From assembly GCA_050944685.1 (NCBI GenBank), contig JBMNRP010000013.1, positions 496 through 64,495 on the forward strand: a stretch of DNA of 64,000 nucleotides, written 5' to 3'. A program made the translations under genes and the position numbers. The notes beneath the pieces were generated by a model that saw only the letters and a list, made by a program, of their open reading frames with translations, was not told where the DNA came from and made no database searches. This document shows positions 26,161 to 33,892 of the stretch, piece after piece; positions within the stretch are counted from its first letter, which is position 1, and each line of letters opens with the position of its first letter. Source of the DNA: Bilifractor sp. (GTDB lineage: Bacteria > Bacillota > Clostridia > Lachnospirales > Lachnospiraceae).

Positions 26161-27567
26161 ATGGCAAAGGAAAAAAGAGGGTCCTTCAGCGGGCAGTTCG
26201 GTTTTGTGATCGCGGCCGCGGGCAGCGCGGTCGGCGTCGGAAATATCTGGCGATTTCCGTATCTGGCCGCGCGTGACGGGGGAGGACTTTTTCTGATTAT
26301 TTATCTGATTCTGGTTCTGACGTTCGGATTTACGCTGCTGGTATCGGATATCGCGATCGGAAGGAAAACGAGAAAAAGCTCAATTTACGCGTACGCCATG
26401 ATGCGGCCGAACTGGAAATTTCTGGGAATCCTGACCTTTATCGTTCCGGTCCTGATTATGACATATTATTCTGTCATCGGCGGCTGGATCACGAAGTACA
26501 TCGCAGTCTATCTCACCGGTGCCGGTCAGGCGGCAGCGGGCGATTCGTATTTCACGGATTTCATTACCTCTCCGGTTTCCCCCGCCGTGTTCGGGCTGAT
26601 CTTCATGATCATAACGGCGGTCGTCGTTTACGCCGGAGTTGACAAGGGAATCGAGCGATGCTCGAGGTTCATGATGCCGGTTCTGTTCGTACTGATCATC
26701 GGAATCGCTATCTTCGCGCTCACGCTGAAGCACACGGGGGAGGACGGAGTGACCCGCACCGGTCTTCAGGGGTTTGTCTATTATCTGAAACCCAGTCTGG
26801 ACGGGGTTACGCCGAAGCGGTTTTTCCAGATTCTCCTGGATGCGATGGGGCAGCTGTTCTTCTCGCTGTCTGTATCGATGGGAATCATGATTACCTACGG
26901 ATCTTATGTGAAAAAAGACGTGGACCTGAACCGGTCGGTCGAGCAGATCGAGTTTTTCGATACGCTGGTCGCTTTCCTCGCCGGCATGATGATTATTCCC
27001 TCTATTTATGTTTTTTCCGGACTGGATGGAATGAACGCCGGTCCCAGCCTGATTTTTATTTCACTGCCGAAGGTATTTGCGGCAATGGGTTCGGTCGGTC
27101 CGGTGATTGCGGTCATCTTTTTTGTGATGGCGGCATTCGCGGCGCTCACCTCCTGTGTTTCCGTTTTGGAGACGATTGTCTCCAATGTCATGGAGCTTTC
27201 CGGAAAATCCCGTCATAAAGTGACGGCGATTCTGACCGTTGTATATTGTGCAGCGACAGTCGTGGTTTCTCTGGGCTACAGCCTGTTTTACTTCGACGTC
27301 GTGCTGCCGAACGGGGCGCATGCACAGCTGCTCGATATCATGGACTATATCAGCAACAATGCCCTGATGCCGGTTATCTCCCTGCTTTCGACCATTCTCA
27401 TCGGATGGATCGTCACGCCGGACTGGGTCGCGGAGGAGATGGAATACGGCGGGAAAAAATTCCATCGGAAAAAGCTGTATTACGTCATGATCCGTTTTGT
27501 ATGTCCGGTCATGATGCTGCTTCTTTCGCTCCAGTCCATCGGAATTCTGCCGAAAATACTGGGATAA
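26161..27567 (+). CDS. sodium-dependent transporter, NSS/SNF family
   Basis: 468 aa and about 11-12 TM helices. N-terminal signature FGFVIAAAGSAVGVGNIWRFPYLA is diagnostic of the neurotransmitter:sodium symporter family. Confidence 0.9.
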   Translation: MAKEKRGSFSGQFGFVIAAAGSAVGVGNIWRFPYLAARDGGGLFLIIYLILVLTFGFTLLVSDIAIGRKTRKSSIYAYAMMRPNWKFLGILTFIVPVLIMTYYSVIGGWITKYIAVYLTGAGQAAAGDSYFTDFITSPVSPAVFGLIFMIITAVVVYAGVDKGIERCSRFMMPVLFVLIIGIAIFALTLKHTGEDGVTRTGLQGFVYYLKPSLDGVTPKRFFQILLDAMGQLFFSLSVSMGIMITYGSYVKKDVDLNRSVEQIEFFDTLVAFLAGMMIIPSIYVFSGLDGMNAGPSLIFISLPKVFAAMGSVGPVIAVIFFVMAAFAALTSCVSVLETIVSNVMELSGKSRHKVTAILTVVYCAATVVVSLGYSLFYFDVVLPNGAHAQLLDIMDYISNNALMPVISLLSTILIGWIVTPDWVAEEMEYGGKKFHRKKLYYVMIRFVCPVMMLLLSLQSIGILPKILG

Positions 27568-27636
27568 ACCGGTCTGGCAAAGCCCCCGGATCCGGCAGGG
27601 CAGCAGAAATACAATTCAATTCATATGCCGGGCAAG

Positions 27637-27675
27637 ACCGCCGCGATTTTGAAAACGTCGCGGCGGTTTTTTTGT
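27637..27675 (+). terminator. intrinsic terminator after the NSS transporter gene
   Basis: Perfect 10-bp stem ACCGCCGCGA / TCGCGGCGGT followed by TTTTTTTGTG. Confidence 0.8.
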
Positions 27676-27990
27676 GTCTTTTTGTCAATATGTTCCCGCT
27701 ATCCCGGCTGCGGACATCCGAAGGGCTGTCCGAACCGCTCTGGCAAATTGCAGGAAAACGGATCCGGTCTGTATTTTCCGGGAAAATATTGTACAGGAAG
27801 AGAAACAAAAAGAAATGATAATTTTTCTTTAGTTTGATTTAAAGTTCCTTTCGTATACTGCCAGACATGGGGAACCAAAAAAAGAAGTTCCGCATATGGC
27901 ACGGTGGTTCACGGCCGTCCGCCGCGAGGACGGAAAGAGATGAATAGCCGGGGCTTCGAAAGTAAATCAGATAATCAGGAGGGATTTTTC

Positions 27991-30312
27991 ATGAAGAGAA
28001 AATATGTTGCTGCTACATTGGGTATCGTATTGAGTCTTTCCATGGCAGTTACGGGCTGCGCGTCCTCCTCGTCGAATAGTGTGTCCGGACAGTCGACGGG
28101 AAGTTCTGCCGGGACGGAGGTCTCCAGTACCCAGTACGCGGGCGACACGGTTTACGGCGAGGTTACCGCGGTCGCGGATGACTCGCTTACCATTGATGTA
28201 GAAGAAAAATCAGAGAGCAGTTCGTCTTCCGGATCGTCCGACACGACGGATAGCACGTCGAGCGGAAGCACGGATCAGACAACGGCCTCCGGAACAACCA
28301 GCACGTCGGGCGAAAGCACGGATCAGACAACGGCCTCCGGAACAACCAGCACGTCGAGCGGAAGCACAGATCAGACAGTTTCTTCCGGATCGAGCAGTGA
28401 CACTCAGGGACAGGCTCCGGATATGAGTTCTCAGTATGAAAAGACCGGAGAGACGATGGAAGTTCCCGTCACGGATGATACCGAGATCAGCCGTCAGATG
28501 GGAGGTCCGGGTGGAAACGGCGGTCAGGCACCGCAGGGCACCGCGCCGGGAAGTACCGACAGTTCGGGCAGCAGCTCTTCCAGCTCGAGCAGCAGTTCCT
28601 CCAGTTCGAGCAGCAGCTCTTCCGGTTCGAGCAGCAGTTCTTCCGGTTCGGATTCCGGCAGCACCGGATCCGTTGACAGCAGCAGCGGAGCGACTCAGCA
28701 GGCCCCGAACGGAACTCCGCCGGCGATGCCGTCCGGAGACAGTGCCGGCTCCTCTGACGGAAGCAGCTCCGCACAGCAAGCTCCGAACGGAACTCCTCCG
28801 GCAACGCCATCCGGAAGCGATGGGCAGGCTCCTTCGAGCACATCTTCCGGACAGCAGCCGGATGAGAGTATGGATCTCTCGGATATCTCCGAGGGCGATA
28901 CCGTAGAAATTACATTTGATGAAGACGGAAATGCCGAGTCGATCGTTGTCGTAAGCAGCGGAAGCATGGAACAGGGAGGCTCCGGAAGCCAGTCTTCCTC
29001 CGATGTTTCGTACACCGCGGTAAAGACGTACGACACGGATACGAAGGACAGTGACACGGACGTGGATTCGACCGGAACCGATGAGGAGGCGATTCTCGTG
29101 TCGGAAGGGGCGACGGCCAATCTGGATAAGATCAATGTGACCCGTACTTCTTCAGACAGCACCGGCGGTGACAATTCCAGCTTTTACGGGGTCGGCGCGG
29201 CGGTTCTGACCACGGAGGGGACCACCTACCTGAATAACAGCACAGTCAGTACGGATGCGAAGGGCGGCGCGGGCGTCTTCTCCTACGGAGAGAACAGCAC
29301 CACTTACGTCGCGAACACTACCATTGCCACAAAACAGGATACCTCCGGCGGAATTCACGTGGCGGGCGGCGGAACGCTGTACGCCTATGACCTGAATGTG
29401 ACCACAGAGGGCGAGAGCTCGGCTGCGATCCGGTCGGACCGCGGCGGTGGAACCATGGTAGTGGACGGAGGCACCTACACCTCGAACGGCACCGGGTCTC
29501 CGGCGGTCTACTCCACCGCGGATATCACGGTCAATGACGCGGACCTGACCGCCAACGGATCCGAGGCGGCTTGCATTGAGGGAAATAACACCATCCGCCT
29601 GTATGACTGTAATCTGAGCGGCAACATGAGCGACGATGAGCAGAACGACTGCACCTGGAACGTCATTCTCTACCAGAGTATGTCCGGCGATTCCGAGGAG
29701 GGCAACAGCACGTTTGAGATGGACGGCGGAACGCTGACCGCGAAGAACGGCGGCATGTTCTACACCACCAACACGGAATCCACATTCGTGCTCAATAACG
29801 TCGACATTACTTACGCGGATGAAAATGATTTCTTTTTGAAGTGCACCGGCAACAGCAACCAGCGCGGATGGGGCGAGTCCGGTTCCAACGGAGCGGACTG
29901 CAGCTTTACGGCGATTGAGCAGGAAATGGAAGGTGACATTGTCTGGGATTCCATCAGCAAGCTGGATTTCTACATGACGAACGGCAGCGTCCTCACCGGA
30001 GCGGTCACGGATGACGAGTCCAATGCCGGCGACGGCGGAGACGGGTACGCAAACATCTATATCGACAGCTCCTCGAAATGGGTCGTGACAGGAGACAGCA
30101 CCGTATCGGCGCTCAGCAATGCGGGAACCATTGTCGACTCGGAGGGAAAGACCGTCACCATCAAGGGTACCGACGGAACCGAGTACGTCAGTGGCGACAG
30201 CCAGTACACCATCACCGTCAGCTCCTACAGCACGGATGCTGACACCTCCGGAGCTTCCGAGACCACTTCTTTCAGCGATTATGAGGTCGCGATGCCGGAT
30301 GAACTGAGCTGA
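27991..30312 (+). CDS. large lipoprotein: Ser/Thr-rich repeat linker plus C-terminal beta-helix-like domain
   Basis: Start at MKRKYVAATLG (AGGAGGG 6 nt upstream). Lipobox AVTGC, then about 330 aa of low complexity with tandem repeats. The last 400 aa show periodic G/N/T-rich turns (GGTLYAYDLNVT, GGTYTSNGTG, GGTLTAKNGGMFY) typical of right-handed beta-helix proteins. Confidence 0.8.
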   Translation: MKRKYVAATLGIVLSLSMAVTGCASSSSNSVSGQSTGSSAGTEVSSTQYAGDTVYGEVTAVADDSLTIDVEEKSESSSSSGSSDTTDSTSSGSTDQTTASGTTSTSGESTDQTTASGTTSTSSGSTDQTVSSGSSSDTQGQAPDMSSQYEKTGETMEVPVTDDTEISRQMGGPGGNGGQAPQGTAPGSTDSSGSSSSSSSSSSSSSSSSSSGSSSSSSGSDSGSTGSVDSSSGATQQAPNGTPPAMPSGDSAGSSDGSSSAQQAPNGTPPATPSGSDGQAPSSTSSGQQPDESMDLSDISEGDTVEITFDEDGNAESIVVVSSGSMEQGGSGSQSSSDVSYTAVKTYDTDTKDSDTDVDSTGTDEEAILVSEGATANLDKINVTRTSSDSTGGDNSSFYGVGAAVLTTEGTTYLNNSTVSTDAKGGAGVFSYGENSTTYVANTTIATKQDTSGGIHVAGGGTLYAYDLNVTTEGESSAAIRSDRGGGTMVVDGGTYTSNGTGSPAVYSTADITVNDADLTANGSEAACIEGNNTIRLYDCNLSGNMSDDEQNDCTWNVILYQSMSGDSEEGNSTFEMDGGTLTAKNGGMFYTTNTESTFVLNNVDITYADENDFFLKCTGNSNQRGWGESGSNGADCSFTAIEQEMEGDIVWDSISKLDFYMTNGSVLTGAVTDDESNAGDGGDGYANIYIDSSSKWVVTGDSTVSALSNAGTIVDSEGKTVTIKGTDGTEYVSGDSQYTITVSSYSTDADTSGASETTSFSDYEVAMPDELS
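28267..28390 (+). repeat. 2.5 copies of a 48-bp in-frame tandem repeat (STDQTTASGTTSTSxx)
   Basis: 28267-28314 and 28315-28362 differ at 3 positions, and a third partial copy follows. A poly-Ser tract (28560-28650) and a 78-bp-period duplicate QQAPNGTPPAxPSG (28696 / 28774) lie downstream. Confidence 0.85.
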
Positions 30313-30339
30313 ATGAAATTTTGTTAACAGATTTTTGGA

Positions 30340-30399
30340 AACGGCGGCCGCCGCTCTGCAAAAAAGGTGCAGGGCGGCGGCCGTTTTGCTTTGCTTTTT
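30340..30399 (+). terminator. intrinsic terminator after the beta-helix lipoprotein gene
   Basis: Long GC-rich imperfect stem AACGGCGGCCGCCGCTCTGCA / TGCAGGGCGGCGGCCGTT followed by TTTTGCTTTGCTTTTT. Confidence 0.75.
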
Positions 30400-30402
30400 C
30401 AA

Positions 30403-30431
30403 ATGACAAGAGGCGGGGAGTCCGCTATAAT
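30403..30431 (+). promoter_or_regulatory. promoter of the lar operon (ATGACA-17-TATAAT)
   Basis: ATGACA (30403-30408), 17 nt, TATAAT (30426-30431), 38 nt upstream of ATG 30469. This places the ORF-track start 30367 upstream of the transcript. Confidence 0.5.
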
Positions 30432-30468
30432 AGTTGAGAACGACATAATCAGTAAGGCATACGAAGAA

Positions 30469-31311
30469 ATGCGGGACCGGATGGATACAGAGACAAAGAA
30501 GAAATATGAAAAACTGCAGGACATTCTCCGCGGTATGGGAAGCGTCGCCGTCGCGTTTTCCGGCGGAACGGATTCGACGCTGCTGGTTCGTGCCGCGCAC
30601 GACGTGCTGGGGGAAAGAATGATTGCCATAACGATCTCCGCTTTTTCCTGTGATAAGAGCGAAGCGGAGGAGGCCGCAGGCTTCTGCGCAAAAGAGGGCA
30701 TCCGGCACATCGTGTTGCGTCATGACGCCCTGTCGATTCCCGGCTTCGCGGAAAATCCTCCCGACCGGTGTTACATCTGCAAGAAAACGATTTTCGGAAT
30801 CATAAAAAAGGCGGCATCCTCTGAGAAAATCGGACAGGTTGCGGACGGGTCCAATGTCGACGACCTTTCTGATTTCCGGCCGGGCTTGAGGGCCCTCAAG
30901 GAGCTCGGGGTCCGCAGCCCGCTGAGAGAGGCAGAATTGACGAAAAGCGATATCCGCGCGATTTCAAGAGAGCTGGGGCTTCCGACCTGGGACAAGCCCG
31001 CCGCCGCGTGTTTTGCGTCGCGGTTTGTGTACGGCGAGCGGATCACGGAAGAAAAGCTTGCCATGGTCGCGAAGGCGGAATCGTTCCTGCATGGCCTGGG
31101 CTTTCATCAGCTGCGGGTGCGGATTCACGGAAATCTGGCGAGAATCGAGCTGCAGCCAGATGAGATGGGTCGCGCGGCGGATCCGGCTCTTCGAGGCATC
31201 ATTGCCGGAAGACTGAAGGAGATCGGATTTTCTTATGTGACGCTTGATCTGATGGGATACCGGACCGGAAGCATGAATGAGACACTGACGCGCGGAAAGA
31301 AGGGCGGATAA
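30469..31311 (+). CDS. larE: LarE, ATP-dependent sulfur transferase for nickel-pincer (NPN) cofactor synthesis
   Basis: PP-loop VAFSGGTDST, and the conserved Cys context KPAAACFASRF corresponding to the LarE sulfur-donor Cys. An additional CYIC pair is present. Start is uncertain (30469 or 30481). Followed by larB and larC. Confidence 0.88.
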   Translation: MRDRMDTETKKKYEKLQDILRGMGSVAVAFSGGTDSTLLVRAAHDVLGERMIAITISAFSCDKSEAEEAAGFCAKEGIRHIVLRHDALSIPGFAENPPDRCYICKKTIFGIIKKAASSEKIGQVADGSNVDDLSDFRPGLRALKELGVRSPLREAELTKSDIRAISRELGLPTWDKPAAACFASRFVYGERITEEKLAMVAKAESFLHGLGFHQLRVRIHGNLARIELQPDEMGRAADPALRGIIAGRLKEIGFSYVTLDLMGYRTGSMNETLTRGKKGG

Positions 31312-31313
31312 GC

Positions 31314-32132
31314 ATGGATACGAGAGAACTGCTCGAAAAAGTGAAAAACGGGACGGTCTCGGTCGAGGAGGCGGAACAGTACCTTGGCCGGAAACCGTTT
31401 GATGACCTGGGTTTTGCGAAGCTGGATACGCACCGTGAGACGCGCTCCGGTTTTCCGGAGGTTATTTTCTGCGGCGGGAAAAACGATGGATTTCTCGTTT
31501 CGATATACAGAAAAGTATATGAATCAGAGGGCGAGGTGTTTGGAACGAGGGCGAGCGTGCACCAGTTTGAAATCATTCAGGAGGCTTTCCCCGGGATCGA
31601 ATCCGAAAAGGTTTCCGGAATATCATCCGCCGGCTGGCCGGGTGAAACAGCAGGGGACACCGCTCCGAAACTGATTTATGATGAGGTTTCCCGCATCCTG
31701 AAAATTGAGAAGCCGGGCCGGAGGAAGATCGGGAATATTGTCGTGTGTACGGCGGGCACGGCAGATATCCCTGTGGCGGAGGAAGCCGCGCAGACCGCGG
31801 AATATTTCGGGTCTTATGTGAACCGGATTTACGACGTGGGCGTCAGCGGGCTTCACCGGCTGCTCGCCCGGGTGGATACGATTCAGAAGGCAAATGCCGT
31901 TATTGCCGTTGCCGGGATGGAGGGTGCTCTCGCGAGCGTGATCGGAGGGCTTGTGCGGAACCCGGTCATAGCCGTCCCCACATCGGTCGGATACGGGGCC
32001 AGCATGCACGGGCTGTCGGCGCTTCTCACCATGATCAATTCCTGTGCAAACGGTATTGCGGTTGTCAATATTGACAACGGGTACGGCGCCGGCTACATCG
32101 CGACGCAGATCAACCGGCTCGCGGCCCGATGA
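31314..32132 (+). CDS. larB: LarB, nicotinic acid adenine dinucleotide carboxylase/hydrolase (PurE-like)
   Basis: 272 aa. N-terminal LGFAKLDTHRETRSGFPEVIF and the PurE-like core VVCTAGTADIPVAEEA...VIAVAGMEGALASVIGG...VIAVPTSVGYG. Confidence 0.9.
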   Translation: MDTRELLEKVKNGTVSVEEAEQYLGRKPFDDLGFAKLDTHRETRSGFPEVIFCGGKNDGFLVSIYRKVYESEGEVFGTRASVHQFEIIQEAFPGIESEKVSGISSAGWPGETAGDTAPKLIYDEVSRILKIEKPGRRKIGNIVVCTAGTADIPVAEEAAQTAEYFGSYVNRIYDVGVSGLHRLLARVDTIQKANAVIAVAGMEGALASVIGGLVRNPVIAVPTSVGYGASMHGLSALLTMINSCANGIAVVNIDNGYGAGYIATQINRLAAR

Positions 32133-32193
32133 GAATCATTGCCGATTGACCGGGGAGTGCCGGAAACCTTTCAAATGTTTTTGGGAGAGAGAA

Positions 32194-33561
32194 ATGAGAG
32201 AAAAAATTCTGTATCTGGACTGCGCTTCGGGTATCGCCGGAGATATGTTTGTCGCTTCCATGCTGGATCTGGGAGCGGATGAGAAAAAAATGAGGAAGGC
32301 TCTGGCGGGAATCCCGGGAGAACCCTTCCGGCTCCGAATCGGACGAAGAAACCGGAGCGGCATTGACTGCTGTGATTTTGACGTTGTTCTGGATCCGGAA
32401 TACGAAACACACGATCACGACATGGAATATCTCTTCGGACATGAAACCGGTTCCGAAGAGGACGGAGATCATTCCGGGCATCACGATCACGATGATCACG
32501 GCCATCATCACCACGTTCACCGCTCCCTGGCAGACGTTCTGAAAATTATTCAGGGGTGCGAGATGACACAGAGAGCCCGGGAGACCGCAGAAAAAATTTT
32601 CCGGATTCTCGCTGAGGCCGAGGCGAAAGCGCACGGAATGACGGCGGAAACCGTTCATTTCCACGAGGTCGGTGCCATTGATTCTATCGCGGATATTATT
32701 GCCGCAGCGGTCTGCTTTGATGATCTGCAGGTGGAAAGGGTAGTCGTATCCCCCTTGTTTGAGGGAAGCGGGTCCGTCCGCTGCGCGCACGGGATTCTTC
32801 CCATTCCGGTCCCCGCCGTGGCGAATATTGCTGCGGACAGCGGGCTGAAGCTGCAGATCTCGCACAGCACCCGGGGAGAGTTCATCACGCCGACCGGGGC
32901 GGCGATTGCGGCGGCTCTCAGGACGGACGAGGAGCTCCCGGATTCCTTTACGGTCGGCCGGATCGGACTGGGTGCGGGAAAGCGCGAGTATAAACGCCCG
33001 AATTTTCTGCGGGCCATGCTGATTGAACCGGAGGAAACGAAAAATCCGGATGCCGGACCCTTCGGCCGGGAAACTCTTTCTTCGGCGGACGGTCGGGAGA
33101 TGCCGAACAGCCCGGGAGATCAGGTCTGGATGCTGGAGTCCGATATCGACGATGTGACAGGAGAGGAGCTCGGCTATCTTCTGGAGCGTTTGATGGAAAA
33201 CGGCGCGCGCGATGTACATTATCTTCCGGTCTTTATGAAAAAAAGCCGGCCCGCCTGGCAGCTTCAGGTGATCTGCCGGGAAGAGGAGAGAGAAAAAATC
33301 GAGGCGATGATTTTTGCGGAGACGACCACGATCGGCATCCGCCGGGTGCGCATGGAGCGGTCCGTTCTTTCGCGGAAAAAGATATGCGTTCAGACAGAGG
33401 CAGGTCCTGCGGACGTAAAAATGGTTGAGACCTGCGGGAATAAACGATATTATCCTGAGTATGACAGCGTGCGGCGGCTCTGTGAAAAAACGGGGATGCC
33501 GTACCGGAAATGTTACCGGATGATACAGAAATCGGCGGAAAAACAGGCAGATATTTCCTGA
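32194..33561 (+). CDS. larC: LarC, CTP-dependent nickel insertase (pyridinium-3,5-bisthiocarboxylate mononucleotide nickel chelatase)
   Basis: Start at MREKILYLDCASGIAGDM (GGGAGAGAGAA upstream). His-rich Ni-binding tract DGDHSGHHDHDDHGHHHHVH, then FHEVGAIDSIADI. Confidence 0.9.
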   Translation: MREKILYLDCASGIAGDMFVASMLDLGADEKKMRKALAGIPGEPFRLRIGRRNRSGIDCCDFDVVLDPEYETHDHDMEYLFGHETGSEEDGDHSGHHDHDDHGHHHHVHRSLADVLKIIQGCEMTQRARETAEKIFRILAEAEAKAHGMTAETVHFHEVGAIDSIADIIAAAVCFDDLQVERVVVSPLFEGSGSVRCAHGILPIPVPAVANIAADSGLKLQISHSTRGEFITPTGAAIAAALRTDEELPDSFTVGRIGLGAGKREYKRPNFLRAMLIEPEETKNPDAGPFGRETLSSADGREMPNSPGDQVWMLESDIDDVTGEELGYLLERLMENGARDVHYLPVFMKKSRPAWQLQVICREEEREKIEAMIFAETTTIGIRRVRMERSVLSRKKICVQTEAGPADVKMVETCGNKRYYPEYDSVRRLCEKTGMPYRKCYRMIQKSAEKQADIS

Positions 33562-33572
33562 TTCCGGAAAGA

Positions 33573-33606
33573 AAAAGAGGTTTCCCTGCGGAAACCTCTT
33601 TTTCTT
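33573..33606 (+). terminator. intrinsic terminator after larC
   Basis: Stem AAGAGGTTTCC / GGAAACCTCTT, loop CTGC, followed by TTTTTCTT. Confidence 0.8.
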
Positions 33607-33818
33607 AGGAAGGAGAACCCGATTTTCATCGGTATATGAAAAAGAAAGAACAAATTATTGATAGATGCCTTGTTTCATTTGATGGTTTCAGTATATCGGC
33701 GAAATATGTTCGATGAATGATGAAAATGTTAACAAAATGCGAACGAAATTCGACGAGAATATGAAAACCGGGATTTTCCGGGCGTTTCCGGGGATGCAAT
33801 TATGAAGGAAGAAGTTAC

Positions 33819-33847
33819 TTGACATAATAACGAAAAACAAGTAAGCT
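33819..33847 (+). promoter_or_regulatory. candidate promoter of the kinase operon (TTGACA-17-TAAGCT)
   Basis: Perfect -35 TTGACA (33819-33824), 17-nt spacer, weak -10 TAAGCT (33842-33847), 46 nt upstream of GTG 33893. Confidence 0.4.
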
Positions 33848-33864
33848 AAGGGTAGACATAATAA
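33821..33864 (+). repeat. direct repeat GACATAATAA x2 (34-bp start-to-start)
   Basis: TTGACATAATAA (33819-33830) and TAGACATAATAA (33853-33864) match at 11 of 12 positions. The first overlaps the -35 and the second sits at the predicted transcription start. Confidence 0.5.
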
Positions 33865-33892
33865 AAATCGCTATCTGCGGAGGTGTTTCCAT

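Noticed and set aside
27904-27990. Upstream extensions offered by the ORF track: 27904 for the beta-helix lipoprotein, 30367 for larE, 32044 for larC, 7190 for the ABC gene, 8593 for fprA, 9206 for dfx and 39285 for accD.
   Set aside because: The extensions lack an SD, start with non-ATG codons or lie inside terminator hairpins or upstream genes (30367 sits in the 30340-30399 terminator). Internal ATGs have proper SD spacing and give N-termini that match the protein families.
28560-28650. Regular short repeats (poly-Ser tract, GGSQSS array at 62562-62741, 30-bp array at 21654-21803) considered as a possible CRISPR or other noncoding repeat array.
   Set aside because: The units are contiguous with no spacers. 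Their lengths are multiples of three, they are in frame within long ORFs, and there are no cas genes or leader. They are coding low-complexity repeats.
33636-33716. Small ORF MKKKEQIIDRCLVSFDGFSISAKYVR (26 aa), and a 14-aa ORF further on, in the AT-rich spacer between larC and the kinase gene.
   Set aside because: The nearest SD-like sequence (AGGAAGGAGA) is 19 nt from the ATG. There are no TM or signal features and no way to assess conservation here. ORFs of this size are expected by chance in AT-rich DNA.
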